Shown here: in pieces, positions 33,945-43,817 of the stretch
How the letters are laid out: each line of letters begins with the position of its first letter
Position numbering within the stretch: position 1 is the first letter of the stretch
Sequence record: MH051915
From: Enterobacteria phage vB_EcoM_IME339
Direction: 5' to 3' (one strand)
Length of the DNA: 64,000 nt
Notes under the pieces: model-generated
What the model was told of the DNA's origin: nothing
What the model saw: only the letters and a program-made list of their open reading frames with translations
Databases searched by the model: none
Translations under genes and position numbers: made by a program

Positions 33945-33948
33945 CTTT

Positions 33949-34455
33949 ATGATGGATTTGCAGCTTATTACTACTGAGATGGTCGTTGAAGCATACGGTG
34001 ATACTACAGATGGGATTTCTGTATTTAAAGGAAATCGTCGAGTTGGATATATCACCGATCTTAAGAAAGATTTAGCTAAGCAAGTCAAGCGGAAAACGAC
34101 CATTAAAGAATATCGAAATCGTCGTCTTGAGCAAGCCCGTGATATGCTTCCTGATGCAGTTGAGGAGATGAAAGTCTTTTTAGAAAATCAGCTTGCGAAA
34201 TATGATTGTGATGTGTTCATTAATCAGACTCAACCTAATGTTCATATCAATAATTGTAAATGCTACATCATCGTTAATCCTTTGACGGGAAAACATCGTC
34301 TTGGAATCAGTAATCCAAATCGTAGCGCATCGGATATGGCAGAAGATGTTGAGGCATGCTTTAAAATTTCTAAATCTCCTGCTGAACATCATATTTTAAT
34401 TAACGGTCTTTCTCAAGACGATATTATAGAGGTTATTAAAACTTTATGCAATTAA
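33949..34455 (+). CDS. alc: Alc, inhibitor of host (dC-DNA) transcription
   Basis: About 167 aa as T4 Alc; synteny after rnlA. Confidence 0.8.
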   Translation: MMDLQLITTEMVVEAYGDTTDGISVFKGNRRVGYITDLKKDLAKQVKRKTTIKEYRNRRLEQARDMLPDAVEEMKVFLENQLAKYDCDVFINQTQPNVHINNCKCYIIVNPLTGKHRLGISNPNRSASDMAEDVEACFKISKSPAEHHILINGLSQDDIIEVIKTLCN

Positions 34456-34799
34456 ATAATACGACAGCAGGCTTGCTATTAATTGTAATTGCATTGGGCG
34501 GAACTTCTTTAATTTTAAAAAGTAAAATTGAAAGATTAGAAACGTCTGTTGTAGAAATTACAAAAACGGCCAATGAAAACGCTTTAGCATTAGATAATTT
34601 GCGAATTCAGTATAATTATATTGATGCGATGAATAATAAAAATCGTGAGGCAATTGCTGCTATTGAGCGTGAAAATGAAAAACTGCGCAAAGACGCAAAG
34701 AAGGCGGATGTGGTGGCTCATAAGCCAGGATTGGTTGAAAAACAAATCAACAACTCCTTCAACAAGTTCGCAGAAGACATCCAGGACCTTTCTAAATGA
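34446..34799 (+). CDS. pseT.3: i-spanin (inner-membrane spanin subunit)
   Basis: N-terminal TM helix then coiled-coil-rich domain; adjacent lipoprotein gene; position matches T4 pseT.3. Confidence 0.7.
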   Translation: MQLNNTTAGLLLIVIALGGTSLILKSKIERLETSVVEITKTANENALALDNLRIQYNYIDAMNNKNREAIAAIERENEKLRKDAKKADVVAHKPGLVEKQINNSFNKFAEDIQDLSK

Positions 34800-35095
34800 T
34801 TAAACTATCAGCAGTAATATTATCTATTGGTCTTCTAGTTGGTTGTTCGACAAAGCCTCTAGAAGTAAAGAAAGAAACAGTTCATCCTAATTGGCCTGTG
34901 CAGATAAAGTCATATGATGAAGCTAAACTATCCTGGCAAGTTAAAGTTATTGATGGTAAAGCTTGGGTCGGTATGCCATTCGAAGATTCCCAGGAATTTC
35001 GTATTTGGCTTAATGATGTAAAACGATATGTACATGACCAAAAAACTATGATATGTTATTATCGCCAAGAGTTAAAAGAGGATAAATGCAAATGA
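34796..35095 (+). CDS. pseT.2: o-spanin (outer-membrane lipoprotein spanin subunit)
   Basis: Signal peptide with lipobox LVGC (MIKLSAVILSIGLLVGC); position matches T4 pseT.2. Confidence 0.7.
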   Translation: MIKLSAVILSIGLLVGCSTKPLEVKKETVHPNWPVQIKSYDEAKLSWQVKVIDGKAWVGMPFEDSQEFRIWLNDVKRYVHDQKTMICYYRQELKEDKCK

Positions 35096-35318
35096 TTTCA
35101 TGGCATCAATTTGAACATCTCAAAGGATTGATTTATGAATCCGAGATGGCTGCAATGATTTATGGACGCCAGATTCAACGATTAGAATCTTTACCTCCAA
35201 CCAATGATGTTTTATTAGCTCAATCACGTGCTAATCTTAAAAATGAATATCAAAATAAGTGGGGTAAAGCATCTAAAGACCTGCATGATTATATTCAATC
35301 ATTAGTTGAGAAAAATAA

Positions 35319-35322
<4 letters not shown>
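35086..35322 (+). CDS. hypothetical protein (78 aa)
   Basis: ORF overlapping neighbours. Confidence 0.5.
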
Positions 35323-36525
<1,203 letters not shown>

Positions 36526-36526
<1 letters not shown>

Positions 36527-36723
36527 TGGCGTGGCATCATGAAACTTGGTCTATTGTTATTGTAAATAGCGGTTTAGTTGGTACTAGTAATGGGCAATTT
36601 TGCGTATTCACTAGTGAAATTAGAGCTTGGGAGGAATGTCTTAAATTAAGAGAAAAGAATCCTGATGTTGAACTAACAGTAAAGAAAACTAAACTGCCTT
36701 TACCATGGAAAACTTATGAATAA
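36526..36723 (+). CDS. hypothetical protein (65 aa)
   Basis: ATG overlapping the pseT stop. Confidence 0.4.
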
Positions 36724-36916
36724 CATAGAAAAGATTTATCGACTTTGTGATAAAATTGAAAAAGAAAAGAAATATCTATTTTGTTTATGGCCTATTGTTG
36801 ATGGAAGAGTAGGCTTAGATGTTCTTGATTATGAAACAGAAGACAAAGTAGATGGTTCAACTTTTGATAATGCGTTGGATGTTATTGATTGGCTTGAAGA
36901 AAATTATGTGAGGTAA
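36716..36916 (+). CDS. hypothetical protein (66 aa)
   Basis: ORF from table. Confidence 0.45.
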   Translation: MNNIEKIYRLCDKIEKEKKYLFCLWPIVDGRVGLDVLDYETEDKVDGSTFDNALDVIDWLEENYVR

Positions 36917-36918
36917 AT

Positions 36919-37194
36919 ATGTTTCCGACTTATTCTAAAATCGTAGAAGTAGTGTTTAGCCAAATTATTGCTAATAATATGTTTGAAAAGCTTGATAACG
37001 CAGCTGAGCTTCGAATTCATGCTCAGGTGACTCATGTATTGAACGCTTTGCTTCCAGACCAAGTGGATTCTATTGCAATTACGCTGTATCCAGGTTCCGC
37101 GCATATCATTGTCGTATTCGGTTTTGATGCTGAGCTAGTCATCAAAGGCGATATTCGCTTTGAATCACAGACATCAGAATTCAAAGCAATTTAA
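36919..37194 (+). CDS. hypothetical protein (91 aa)
   Basis: ORF from table. Confidence 0.45.
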   Translation: MFPTYSKIVEVVFSQIIANNMFEKLDNAAELRIHAQVTHVLNALLPDQVDSIAITLYPGSAHIIVVFGFDAELVIKGDIRFESQTSEFKAI

Positions 37195-37256
37195 TAGTTT
37201 ACTTTAAGGTAGAGTTGTGATATTATAGCTCTACCAAAACAAATGAGGAAATTGAA

Positions 37257-37784
37257 ATGAGCGAATGGTTTGAAGAAGATAAGGTTTATCGCTTTAAAGC
37301 TGGGTATAAAGATATTTTTAATGAAACCTGCGGGGCTAATAAACGAATTGCCCAGTTTATTGGGGAAAATTCATTTAAAGTAAAAATAGATCCTGCGAAA
37401 AATGTTATTAGCATTAAACGTGAAATTGATGATTGCTGGTATAAAGCTGTTGATGTAATGGGCGAATCCTATAAAGTTAGCCCGTTATTTTCAATTGCTT
37501 ATATGTTAGAATATTCTTTTTTCGAAGAAGTTCAAAAAGATGATTCTACAAGTAAATTTGAAATTAAAACTGATAAAGAAATTAAGTGGAAAGTAGTAGG
37601 TATTACTGGTTGTATGTTTTATATCTATGCTCAAACTGATACGAAGGAAGAAGCTAAAAAGAAAGCTCTAGAATATCTTGAAGAGTATGAAGAAGGCCCG
37701 GTAATGATTACCCAAGATGCCGAATTAGTTTCTGTCAAATTAGTTAAAAACGTTGAAAGTAAGGAGCTGGGATCAACATGCTAA
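37257..37784 (+). CDS. hypothetical protein (175 aa)
   Basis: ORF downstream of an early promoter-like block at 37196..37240. Confidence 0.55.
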   Translation: MSEWFEEDKVYRFKAGYKDIFNETCGANKRIAQFIGENSFKVKIDPAKNVISIKREIDDCWYKAVDVMGESYKVSPLFSIAYMLEYSFFEEVQKDDSTSKFEIKTDKEIKWKVVGITGCMFYIYAQTDTKEEAKKKALEYLEEYEEGPVMITQDAELVSVKLVKNVESKELGSTC

Positions 37785-38014
37785 GTGAAAAACCAATTAC
37801 TACTAAAGAATTCCAAGAAAAAGTTAAACTATTTGCTCAAGAATTGGTAAATAAGGTTTCTGAACGATTTCCTGAAACGTCGGTTCGTGTTATTACCGAA
37901 ACTCCTCGTTCAGTATTAGTAATTGTGAATCCAGGTGATGGTGACCAAATAACACATCTTAAACTGGATTTTGATGGATTAGTTGAAGCACAAAGGGTGT
38001 ATGGCGTACTATGA
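37778..38014 (+). CDS. hypothetical protein (78 aa)
   Basis: ORF from table. Confidence 0.45.
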   Translation: MLSEKPITTKEFQEKVKLFAQELVNKVSERFPETSVRVITETPRSVLVIVNPGDGDQITHLKLDFDGLVEAQRVYGVL

Positions 38015-38349
38015 TGAATTTAACTGATATAATTGATAATTGTCTTGAAAATGATACTGGCGATCATAGAGCGCTTGATTCTGAAACAGCACAGTTCATT
38101 AGAATAACTTTAATGAATGATACTCTAGTGAATAGTATTCATCCTTCTGTGTATGATGCTATTATTGTGACGAAGTATCCAGTTGAGCTTCACAAAAAGA
38201 TGGCTGGTGCAATTTTTATTGATAAGAAAAACCGCTTTAAAGATGGGCAGAATATAATTAGTTCTGTTATTAAAAGTATAACTAAACTTCGTCACGAAAT
38301 TTATCGTGTTGAAACTGCTAAATCTGCTTATCTGGTGATTATGAAATGA
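38011..38349 (+). CDS. hypothetical protein (112 aa)
   Basis: ORF from table. Confidence 0.45.
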   Translation: MMNLTDIIDNCLENDTGDHRALDSETAQFIRITLMNDTLVNSIHPSVYDAIIVTKYPVELHKKMAGAIFIDKKNRFKDGQNIISSVIKSITKLRHEIYRVETAKSAYLVIMK

Positions 38350-38927
38350 AAGCGAGTACAGTACTTCAAATTGCATATTTAGTATCACAAGAATCAAAAT
38401 GTTGCTCCTGGAAGGTAGGAGCAGTAATTGAAAAGAATGGACGTATTATTTCTACCGGATATAATGGTTCTCCGGCAGGTGGTGTGAATTGCTGCGATTA
38501 TGCTGCCGAGCAAGGTTGGTTGCTGAATAAGCCTAAACATACTATCATTCAAGGTCATAAGCCTGAATGCGTATCGTTTGGTTCAACTGACCGTTTTGTT
38601 TTGGCGAAAGAACACCGCAGCGCTCACTCTGAATGGTCGTCTAAAAATGAAATTCATGCTGAACTAAATGCGATTTTGTTTGCTGCACGAAACGGTTCTT
38701 CAATTGAAGGTGCTACTATGTATGTAACACTTTCTCCTTGCCCGGATTGTGCAAAAGCCATAGCTCAATCTGGAATTAAAAAACTGGTTTATTGCGAAAC
38801 ATACGATAAGAATAAACCTGGCTGGGATGATATTCTGCGAAATGCAGGTATTGAAGTGTTTAATGTTCCTAAGAAAAACTTGAATAAGTTAAATTGGGAA
38901 AATATCAACGAATTCTGTGGTGAATAA
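38346..38927 (+). CDS. cd: dCMP deaminase
   Basis: 193 aa, same length as T4 Cd; zinc-binding HAE and PCxxC motifs. Confidence 0.9.
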   Translation: MKASTVLQIAYLVSQESKCCSWKVGAVIEKNGRIISTGYNGSPAGGVNCCDYAAEQGWLLNKPKHTIIQGHKPECVSFGSTDRFVLAKEHRSAHSEWSSKNEIHAELNAILFAARNGSSIEGATMYVTLSPCPDCAKAIAQSGIKKLVYCETYDKNKPGWDDILRNAGIEVFNVPKKNLNKLNWENINEFCGE

Positions 38928-39163
38928 TGAAATTTCGTTTGGTACAGCTCACAGCAATTAGTTCTTATTCTAACGAGAACATTTCATTTGCTGTAGAGTA
39001 TAAGAAGTATTTTTTCTCTAAATGGAAACAGTATTATAAGTCAGAATGGGTTTGTATTGATAGGCCGTATAGTTGGAAATCTGATTTAGAAAAATGCCAA
39101 AAGTTGCTTTCCACTCTTAAAGAACGTGGAACAACCCATATTAAAACTGTAATAGGTAAATAA
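38927..39163 (+). CDS. hypothetical protein (78 aa)
   Basis: ORF from table. Confidence 0.45.
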   Translation: MKFRLVQLTAISSYSNENISFAVEYKKYFFSKWKQYYKSEWVCIDRPYSWKSDLEKCQKLLSTLKERGTTHIKTVIGK

Positions 39164-39472
39164 ATGAAATTGACAACTGAACAGAAAGTAGCAATTCGTG
39201 AAATTTTGAAAACTAAATTGTCCATGGGTATTTCAAACGTGGTTTTTGAAAAGTCTGATGGTACTATTCGTACTATGAAAGGCACTCGTGATGCTGACTT
39301 TATGCCAACTATGCAAACCGGTAAATTGACTGAATCTACTCGGAAAGAATCTACTGATATGATTCCAGTATTTGATGTTGAACTCGGTGCATGGCGAGGT
39401 TTTTCTATTGACAAATTGATTTCCGTTAATGGCATGAAAGTTGAGCATTTGCTCCAATTTATTGGTAAATAA
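39164..39472 (+). CDS. hypothetical protein (102 aa)
   Basis: ORF from table. Confidence 0.5.
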   Translation: MKLTTEQKVAIREILKTKLSMGISNVVFEKSDGTIRTMKGTRDADFMPTMQTGKLTESTRKESTDMIPVFDVELGAWRGFSIDKLISVNGMKVEHLLQFIGK

Positions 39473-39528
39473 ATGCTTTAAGAATTATTTGTTATTATTA
39501 ATTCATCTGTTAACAAAAAGGAAAAACG

Positions 39529-39864
39529 ATGTCTGAAGTACAACAGCTACCAATTCGTGCTGTCGGTGAATATGTGATTTTAGTTTCTGAACCTGCACAA
39601 GCCGGTGATGAAGAAGTTACAGAATCAGGACTTATTATTGGTAAACGTGTCCAAGGTGAAGTTCCTGAACTGTGTGTAGTTCACTCTGTTGGTCCTGATG
39701 TTCCTGAAGGTTTCTGCGAAGTTGGTGATTTGACTTCTCTTCCAGTTGGTCAAATTCGAAACGTTCCTCATCCTTTTGTAGCTCTGGGTCTTAAGCAGCC
39801 AAAAGAAATTAAACAAAAATTCGTAACCTGTCACTATAAAGCTATTCCGTGTTTTTATAAGTGA
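39529..39864 (+). CDS. 31: gp31 co-chaperonin (GroES functional analogue)
   Basis: 111 aa, same length as T4 gp31; synteny beside rIII. Confidence 0.9.
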   Translation: MSEVQQLPIRAVGEYVILVSEPAQAGDEEVTESGLIIGKRVQGEVPELCVVHSVGPDVPEGFCEVGDLTSLPVGQIRNVPHPFVALGLKQPKEIKQKFVTCHYKAIPCFYK

Positions 39865-39872
39865 TATAAATA
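39865..39872 (+). promoter_or_regulatory. late promoter TATAAATA between gene 31 and rIII
   Basis: tataaata immediately after the gene 31 stop. Confidence 0.45.
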
Positions 39873-40011
39873 ATAATATGAATTGGGTGTCGGAATAATA
39901 AGTTAACCGAACAATTCTATGTGGTAGTCTACAACTGAGAGATCTGTCGAAAGAAGATGAAATTCAGAAGAACGTGACTACCGAGTTTTAATCTCTAACG
40001 AGAATTTTTAA

Positions 40012-40260
40012 ATGATTAAACAATTACAACACGCTCTTGAACTGCAACGAAACGCATGGAATAATGGTCACGAAAACTATGGCGCATCTATTGATGTTGA
40101 AGCCGAAGCTCTTGAAATCCTGCGTTATTTCAAACATCTGAATCCTGCTCAAACTGCATTAGCTGCTGAGCTTCAGGAAAAAGATGAACTTAAGTATGCT
40201 AAGCCTCTGGCTTCTGCTGCACGAAAAGCAGTTCGTCACTTTGTGGTAACACTGAAGTAA
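40012..40260 (+). CDS. rIII: rIII lysis-inhibition accessory protein
   Basis: 82 aa, same length as T4 RIII; synteny. Confidence 0.8.
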   Translation: MIKQLQHALELQRNAWNNGHENYGASIDVEAEALEILRYFKHLNPAQTALAAELQEKDELKYAKPLASAARKAVRHFVVTLK

Positions 40261-40454
40261 TTTATTGGAGAGTCACTGCCTTAGTGTGAAGTTAAAACGA
40301 GGAGCCGTCGAACTTTGTTTTACGGTGTACCTCTTGAATGTTGACGAGGTTTATGGTTATCCTGTCGGTAAATATTCAAAACCTAAGTACCCCTTGAGGG
40401 CTTTCGCAGGCAATGCCAATAAGTCCTGCATTTTCATTTAAAAGAGAATTTATA

Positions 40455-40631
40455 ATGGCAAAACAAGCTAAAGCAAAGAAAGCAGTTGAAAAGAAAGTTG
40501 GTGATTCTAAACGCGCTGGTTACAAGCGTGGGTCGAACTCTCGTATCAATCAAACTGTTGAGAAGATCATGCGCCGAGCACGTGCGGTTCTTCGAGATGA
40601 TGCTTCTCGTTTTGGTAAGCAGAAAGCATAA
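40455..40631 (+). CDS. small basic hypothetical protein (58 aa)
   Basis: MAKQAKAKKAVEKKVGDSKRAGYKRGSNSR...; internal start of table ORF 40413..40631. Confidence 0.45.
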   Translation: MAKQAKAKKAVEKKVGDSKRAGYKRGSNSRINQTVEKIMRRARAVLRDDASRFGKQKA

Positions 40632-40635
40632 GTTG

Positions 40636-40660
40636 AGGACTCCTTCGGGAGTCCTTTTTT
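40636..40660 (+). terminator. rho-independent terminator
   Basis: aggactccttcgggagtcct then tttttt. Confidence 0.65.
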
Positions 40661-40741
40661 ATTTTCCAAAGATTGCATAAAGTTGTTTACAGTATAGTTC
40701 CTTTGTGATAGTATTATCTTACACAAACAAAGGAGAATAAA

Positions 40742-41074
40742 ATGAAAACGATTAATCTGAACGCTACAGTTAAAACTAAATGCTTCAATGGTAAATATGA
40801 TGAAACTATGTGGTTCTTAATGGCAGTTGAAGGTGATATTATTGAAGTAGAAACAACAGAAGGTATGGGAACAGATTTCACCTTTACAATTCAAGTTCAT
40901 AATTTCTTTACTGGTTGGATTTATGAATTGAATACAGTAATCGTTGGAAAAATTGAACAAAATGAATTGGGTGAATGGTATTATGTTACAGCCCGCCAAC
41001 GTGCCGAACGCTTAATTGAGAAGATGAAAAAAGTTGGTAAACTTGACATGCAACATTGGAAAGTAGTAAAATAA
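40742..41074 (+). CDS. hypothetical protein (110 aa)
   Basis: ORF downstream of an early promoter-like block at 40670..40720. Confidence 0.5.
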   Translation: MKTINLNATVKTKCFNGKYDETMWFLMAVEGDIIEVETTEGMGTDFTFTIQVHNFFTGWIYELNTVIVGKIEQNELGEWYYVTARQRAERLIEKMKKVGKLDMQHWKVVK

Positions 41075-41142
41075 TTGTTTACTTTGGTACAGGATATGAT
41101 ATTATATACCTGTACCGCAATTAAACATCTCGGAGAATAAAA

Positions 41143-41508
41143 ATGAACTACATCAACTTTGAACGTAAATATGTTTCTAATGGTATTGTAGGTTCTATTG
41201 ATACTATCTGCCTTTGGAAACATCAAAATGGATCAGTATGCGAAATTGAACAGTATATGACTCCTAACTACGTTTATATGCGATTTGAAAATGGCATCAC
41301 GGTTTCAATCACGAAAGAAGGTTCTTCTTTTAAAATCGCATTAGATGATGATTTCCGTCAACGCGATTTAGGTACTCATCCTTGCTGGAATGGCGTCAAT
41401 CGTAAGCTTCTGGTTAAAACTTGGATTCGTCATATTCTGAGTAACAGAGCTAAACCTGAGCATCTTGAAGCGATCTTTGATGTAGTTCTTAACGAATTTG
41501 ATATTTAA
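41143..41508 (+). CDS. hypothetical protein (121 aa)
   Basis: ORF downstream of an early promoter-like block at 41075..41130. Confidence 0.5.
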   Translation: MNYINFERKYVSNGIVGSIDTICLWKHQNGSVCEIEQYMTPNYVYMRFENGITVSITKEGSSFKIALDDDFRQRDLGTHPCWNGVNRKLLVKTWIRHILSNRAKPEHLEAIFDVVLNEFDI

Positions 41509-41519
41509 AATAAAATGAG

Positions 41520-41546
41520 GGGCTTCGGCCCCTTACTGAGGAAAAT
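41520..41546 (+). promoter_or_regulatory. hairpin plus SD cassette, copy 2 of the 27-nt repeat
   Basis: gggcttcggccccttactgaggaaaat identical to 3343..3369. Confidence 0.5.
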
Positions 41547-41549
41547 ACT

Positions 41550-41837
41550 ATGTTTATGACTACTTATTTTGATACCCGCAAAAATTTCTGTGAAGTGGTT
41601 TTCTCTAAGGCACCTAAAGACCTTCCTGCTCATTTGCAACCTACCAGTGAATCAATTAAAAACTACGTTAATGTAGTCTGCCCTTTAGAGTTCCGTACTG
41701 TAAATGGGCGTGATACTCTAGCTATTACTAAACTCAATCGTGAAATTGACATTGACCCTTCAATTGCGCGCGAAATTAATATTTCTGATATTGGCGGCGG
41801 TAATGTTAAATCGCACGGTTTTCAGATGAGGTTTTAA
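41550..41837 (+). CDS. hypothetical protein (95 aa)
   Basis: ORF following the hairpin/SD cassette. Confidence 0.5.
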   Translation: MFMTTYFDTRKNFCEVVFSKAPKDLPAHLQPTSESIKNYVNVVCPLEFRTVNGRDTLAITKLNREIDIDPSIAREINISDIGGGNVKSHGFQMRF

Positions 41838-42034
41838 TGAAATTCTTTTTAGGTCAAACTGTTGAATTAAAGGGAGTTGGTATACCTGGATTAATTTCTA
41901 AGGTTCTACCTCCATTTAAATGGAGTGGTATTCAAATAAAAGAGGCTTATATTGTTTCCTGGGTAGATGGAAATGAAGACCTTCGTATGGGTGATGAATT
42001 ATCTCCTATCTATGGATTAAAGGAATTAATATGA
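41837..42034 (+). CDS. hypothetical protein (65 aa)
   Basis: ORF with TAATG overlap. Confidence 0.45.
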   Translation: MKFFLGQTVELKGVGIPGLISKVLPPFKWSGIQIKEAYIVSWVDGNEDLRMGDELSPIYGLKELI

Positions 42035-42237
42035 ATATAATTAATAAGATTTTTGGAATTCAGTACATTAAGGTCACATATAAAGTAACGTATAAAGGTC
42101 CGTATACCGATGAACATGAAGAGCCACAAGTTCAGTCTATTATATTAGAAAAGGACCCTAACTGGCCAGTTGAATTTCGTCTTCCTTGCTATGGTCATTG
42201 GGCTGATGTTGAAATTATAAGTATTGAAAATGTCTGA
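42031..42237 (+). CDS. hypothetical protein (68 aa)
   Basis: ORF with ATGA overlap. Confidence 0.45.
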   Translation: MNIINKIFGIQYIKVTYKVTYKGPYTDEHEEPQVQSIILEKDPNWPVEFRLPCYGHWADVEIISIENV

Positions 42238-42688
42238 GTTAGAGATTAGAAGCAATTTTAGATGGCCATCATGTGCATTAAGTAATTTCGCCCAATGGCC
42301 TTTTGTTATGGATGGTATCCAATTTGGAGGTCTCGAAGGATTCCTCCAAGGATGCAAGGTGAAAAATGTTGAACAACAGCGTCGTATATTTGGGTTATCC
42401 GGGCTTGCCGCCCAACAAGCTGGAAGGTCTTATGCAAGAGCTCAGGACCGTGGCACGTTGTTCTGGCTTGGAACTCCGTTTTCAAGATATTCCGAAGCAT
42501 GGAAAGAATTATACACAAATGCATATTTTGAAGCAGCGATCCAAAACAAGGGATTTCGCAATGCATTACAAGCCTCGAAAGGAAAAGTTTTGAAGCATAG
42601 CATGGCTAGTGGTCTAACAAAAGATGATACAATACTAACCGAAGCTGAATTTATTGATGTGTTAAACCTATTAAGAGACTCTCTATGA
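42224..42688 (+). CDS. NADAR/YbiA-like (DUF1768) protein, candidate ADP-ribose-processing hydrolase
   Basis: N-terminal block CALSNFAQWPFVMDGIQFGGLEGFLQGCKV resembles the YbiA/NADAR signature; about 154 aa, typical family size. Confidence 0.5.
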   Translation: MKMSELEIRSNFRWPSCALSNFAQWPFVMDGIQFGGLEGFLQGCKVKNVEQQRRIFGLSGLAAQQAGRSYARAQDRGTLFWLGTPFSRYSEAWKELYTNAYFEAAIQNKGFRNALQASKGKVLKHSMASGLTKDDTILTEAEFIDVLNLLRDSL

Positions 42689-43548
42689 AGCCAACTATTT
42701 TGACTGATATTGATGGAGTATGTTTAAGCTGGCAATCAGGCCTTCCTTATTTTGCTCAGAAATATAATCTTCCATTAGAACATATTTTAAAAATGATCCA
42801 AGATGAGAAATTTATTTCTCCAGGTAAACTCTTTAATTGTGACGAAGAACTTGGCGTCAAGTTAATTGAAAAATACAATCGTTCAGATTTTATTCGTTAT
42901 TTGTCTCCGTATAAAGATGCCCTGTGTGTAATTAACAAATTAAAAGAAGATTATAATTTTGTAGCTGTTACAGCATTGGGTGATTCTATTGACGCTCTGT
43001 TGAATCGTCAATTTAATTTGAATGCTCTTTTTCCTGGTGCCTTCTCAGAAGTAATGATGTGTGGTCATGATTCTTCAAAAGAAGAGTTATTCAAAAAGGC
43101 AAAAGAGAAATATAACGTAATTTGTTATATTGACGATCTCGCTCACCACTGCGACCATGCGAGTGAAATATTAAATGTTCCGGTTTATTGGATGGCTCGA
43201 GGAGAGCGTGATAAAATTCCAAAAACTGCGCAGCGAGTTTATACATGGAATGATGTAGAAAATAAGCTTTTTTCACCAAAGGAAAATAAAGAAAGTTTTG
43301 ATAGTGAAAAAGCTATAAAAGATGTAATTGAGAAGATGGTTAAAAACGATTCTTTTCGTTGGAACACTACCTGGAGAACTCCTGGATTTAATCCGTATAA
43401 TCCATATTATACACATCCATATAATCCATATTATACACACCCGTATCATATGAATCCATTCCATACGTGGAGTTATACCAAGCCTGGCGATGCAGGGTAT
43501 TTTAATAGATTTACTAGTGGTGATAATATTTTCCAAGGAGCATTCTAA
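42685..43548 (+). CDS. HAD-superfamily hydrolase-like protein (nucleotidase-like N-terminus) with Tyr/Pro/His-rich repeat tail
   Basis: HAD motif I LTDIDGV near the N-terminus; C-terminus NPYNPYYTHPYNPYYTHPYHMNPFHTW. Confidence 0.5.
   Translation: MKPTILTDIDGVCLSWQSGLPYFAQKYNLPLEHILKMIQDEKFISPGKLFNCDEELGVKLIEKYNRSDFIRYLSPYKDALCVINKLKEDYNFVAVTALGDSIDALLNRQFNLNALFPGAFSEVMMCGHDSSKEELFKKAKEKYNVICYIDDLAHHCDHASEILNVPVYWMARGERDKIPKTAQRVYTWNDVENKLFSPKENKESFDSEKAIKDVIEKMVKNDSFRWNTTWRTPGFNPYNPYYTHPYNPYYTHPYHMNPFHTWSYTKPGDAGYFNRFTSGDNIFQGAF
43393..43440 (+). repeat. 24-bp tandem repeat (2 copies, near-identical) inside the HAD-like ORF
   Basis: ccgtataatccatattatacacat / ccatataatccatattatacacac. Confidence 0.7.
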
Positions 43549-43817
43549 TGTTTGTCGTTCACACTATTTATGAAAATGAAGGTAATACTACGCGTGATTA
43601 CGGTCACGTAAATCAATTTTTTAGATGCAATCCAGAGTTCCGAGCTCAAAAGGATGAACGAATTTTTAAAAAATGTGTAGAGCAAGGTTTCATTTATATC
43701 AAGCACTGGATGCAAGGAAATAAAGTTAGAACTACATATCATAGGTCTTTAACTGAGCTTAATGATGAATTGATTTATAATAGAGCTGTAAATCAAACTC
43801 TGAAGGATGAACAATGA
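43548..43817 (+). CDS. hypothetical protein (89 aa)
   Basis: ORF with TAATG overlap. Confidence 0.5.
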   Translation: MFVVHTIYENEGNTTRDYGHVNQFFRCNPEFRAQKDERIFKKCVEQGFIYIKHWMQGNKVRTTYHRSLTELNDELIYNRAVNQTLKDEQ

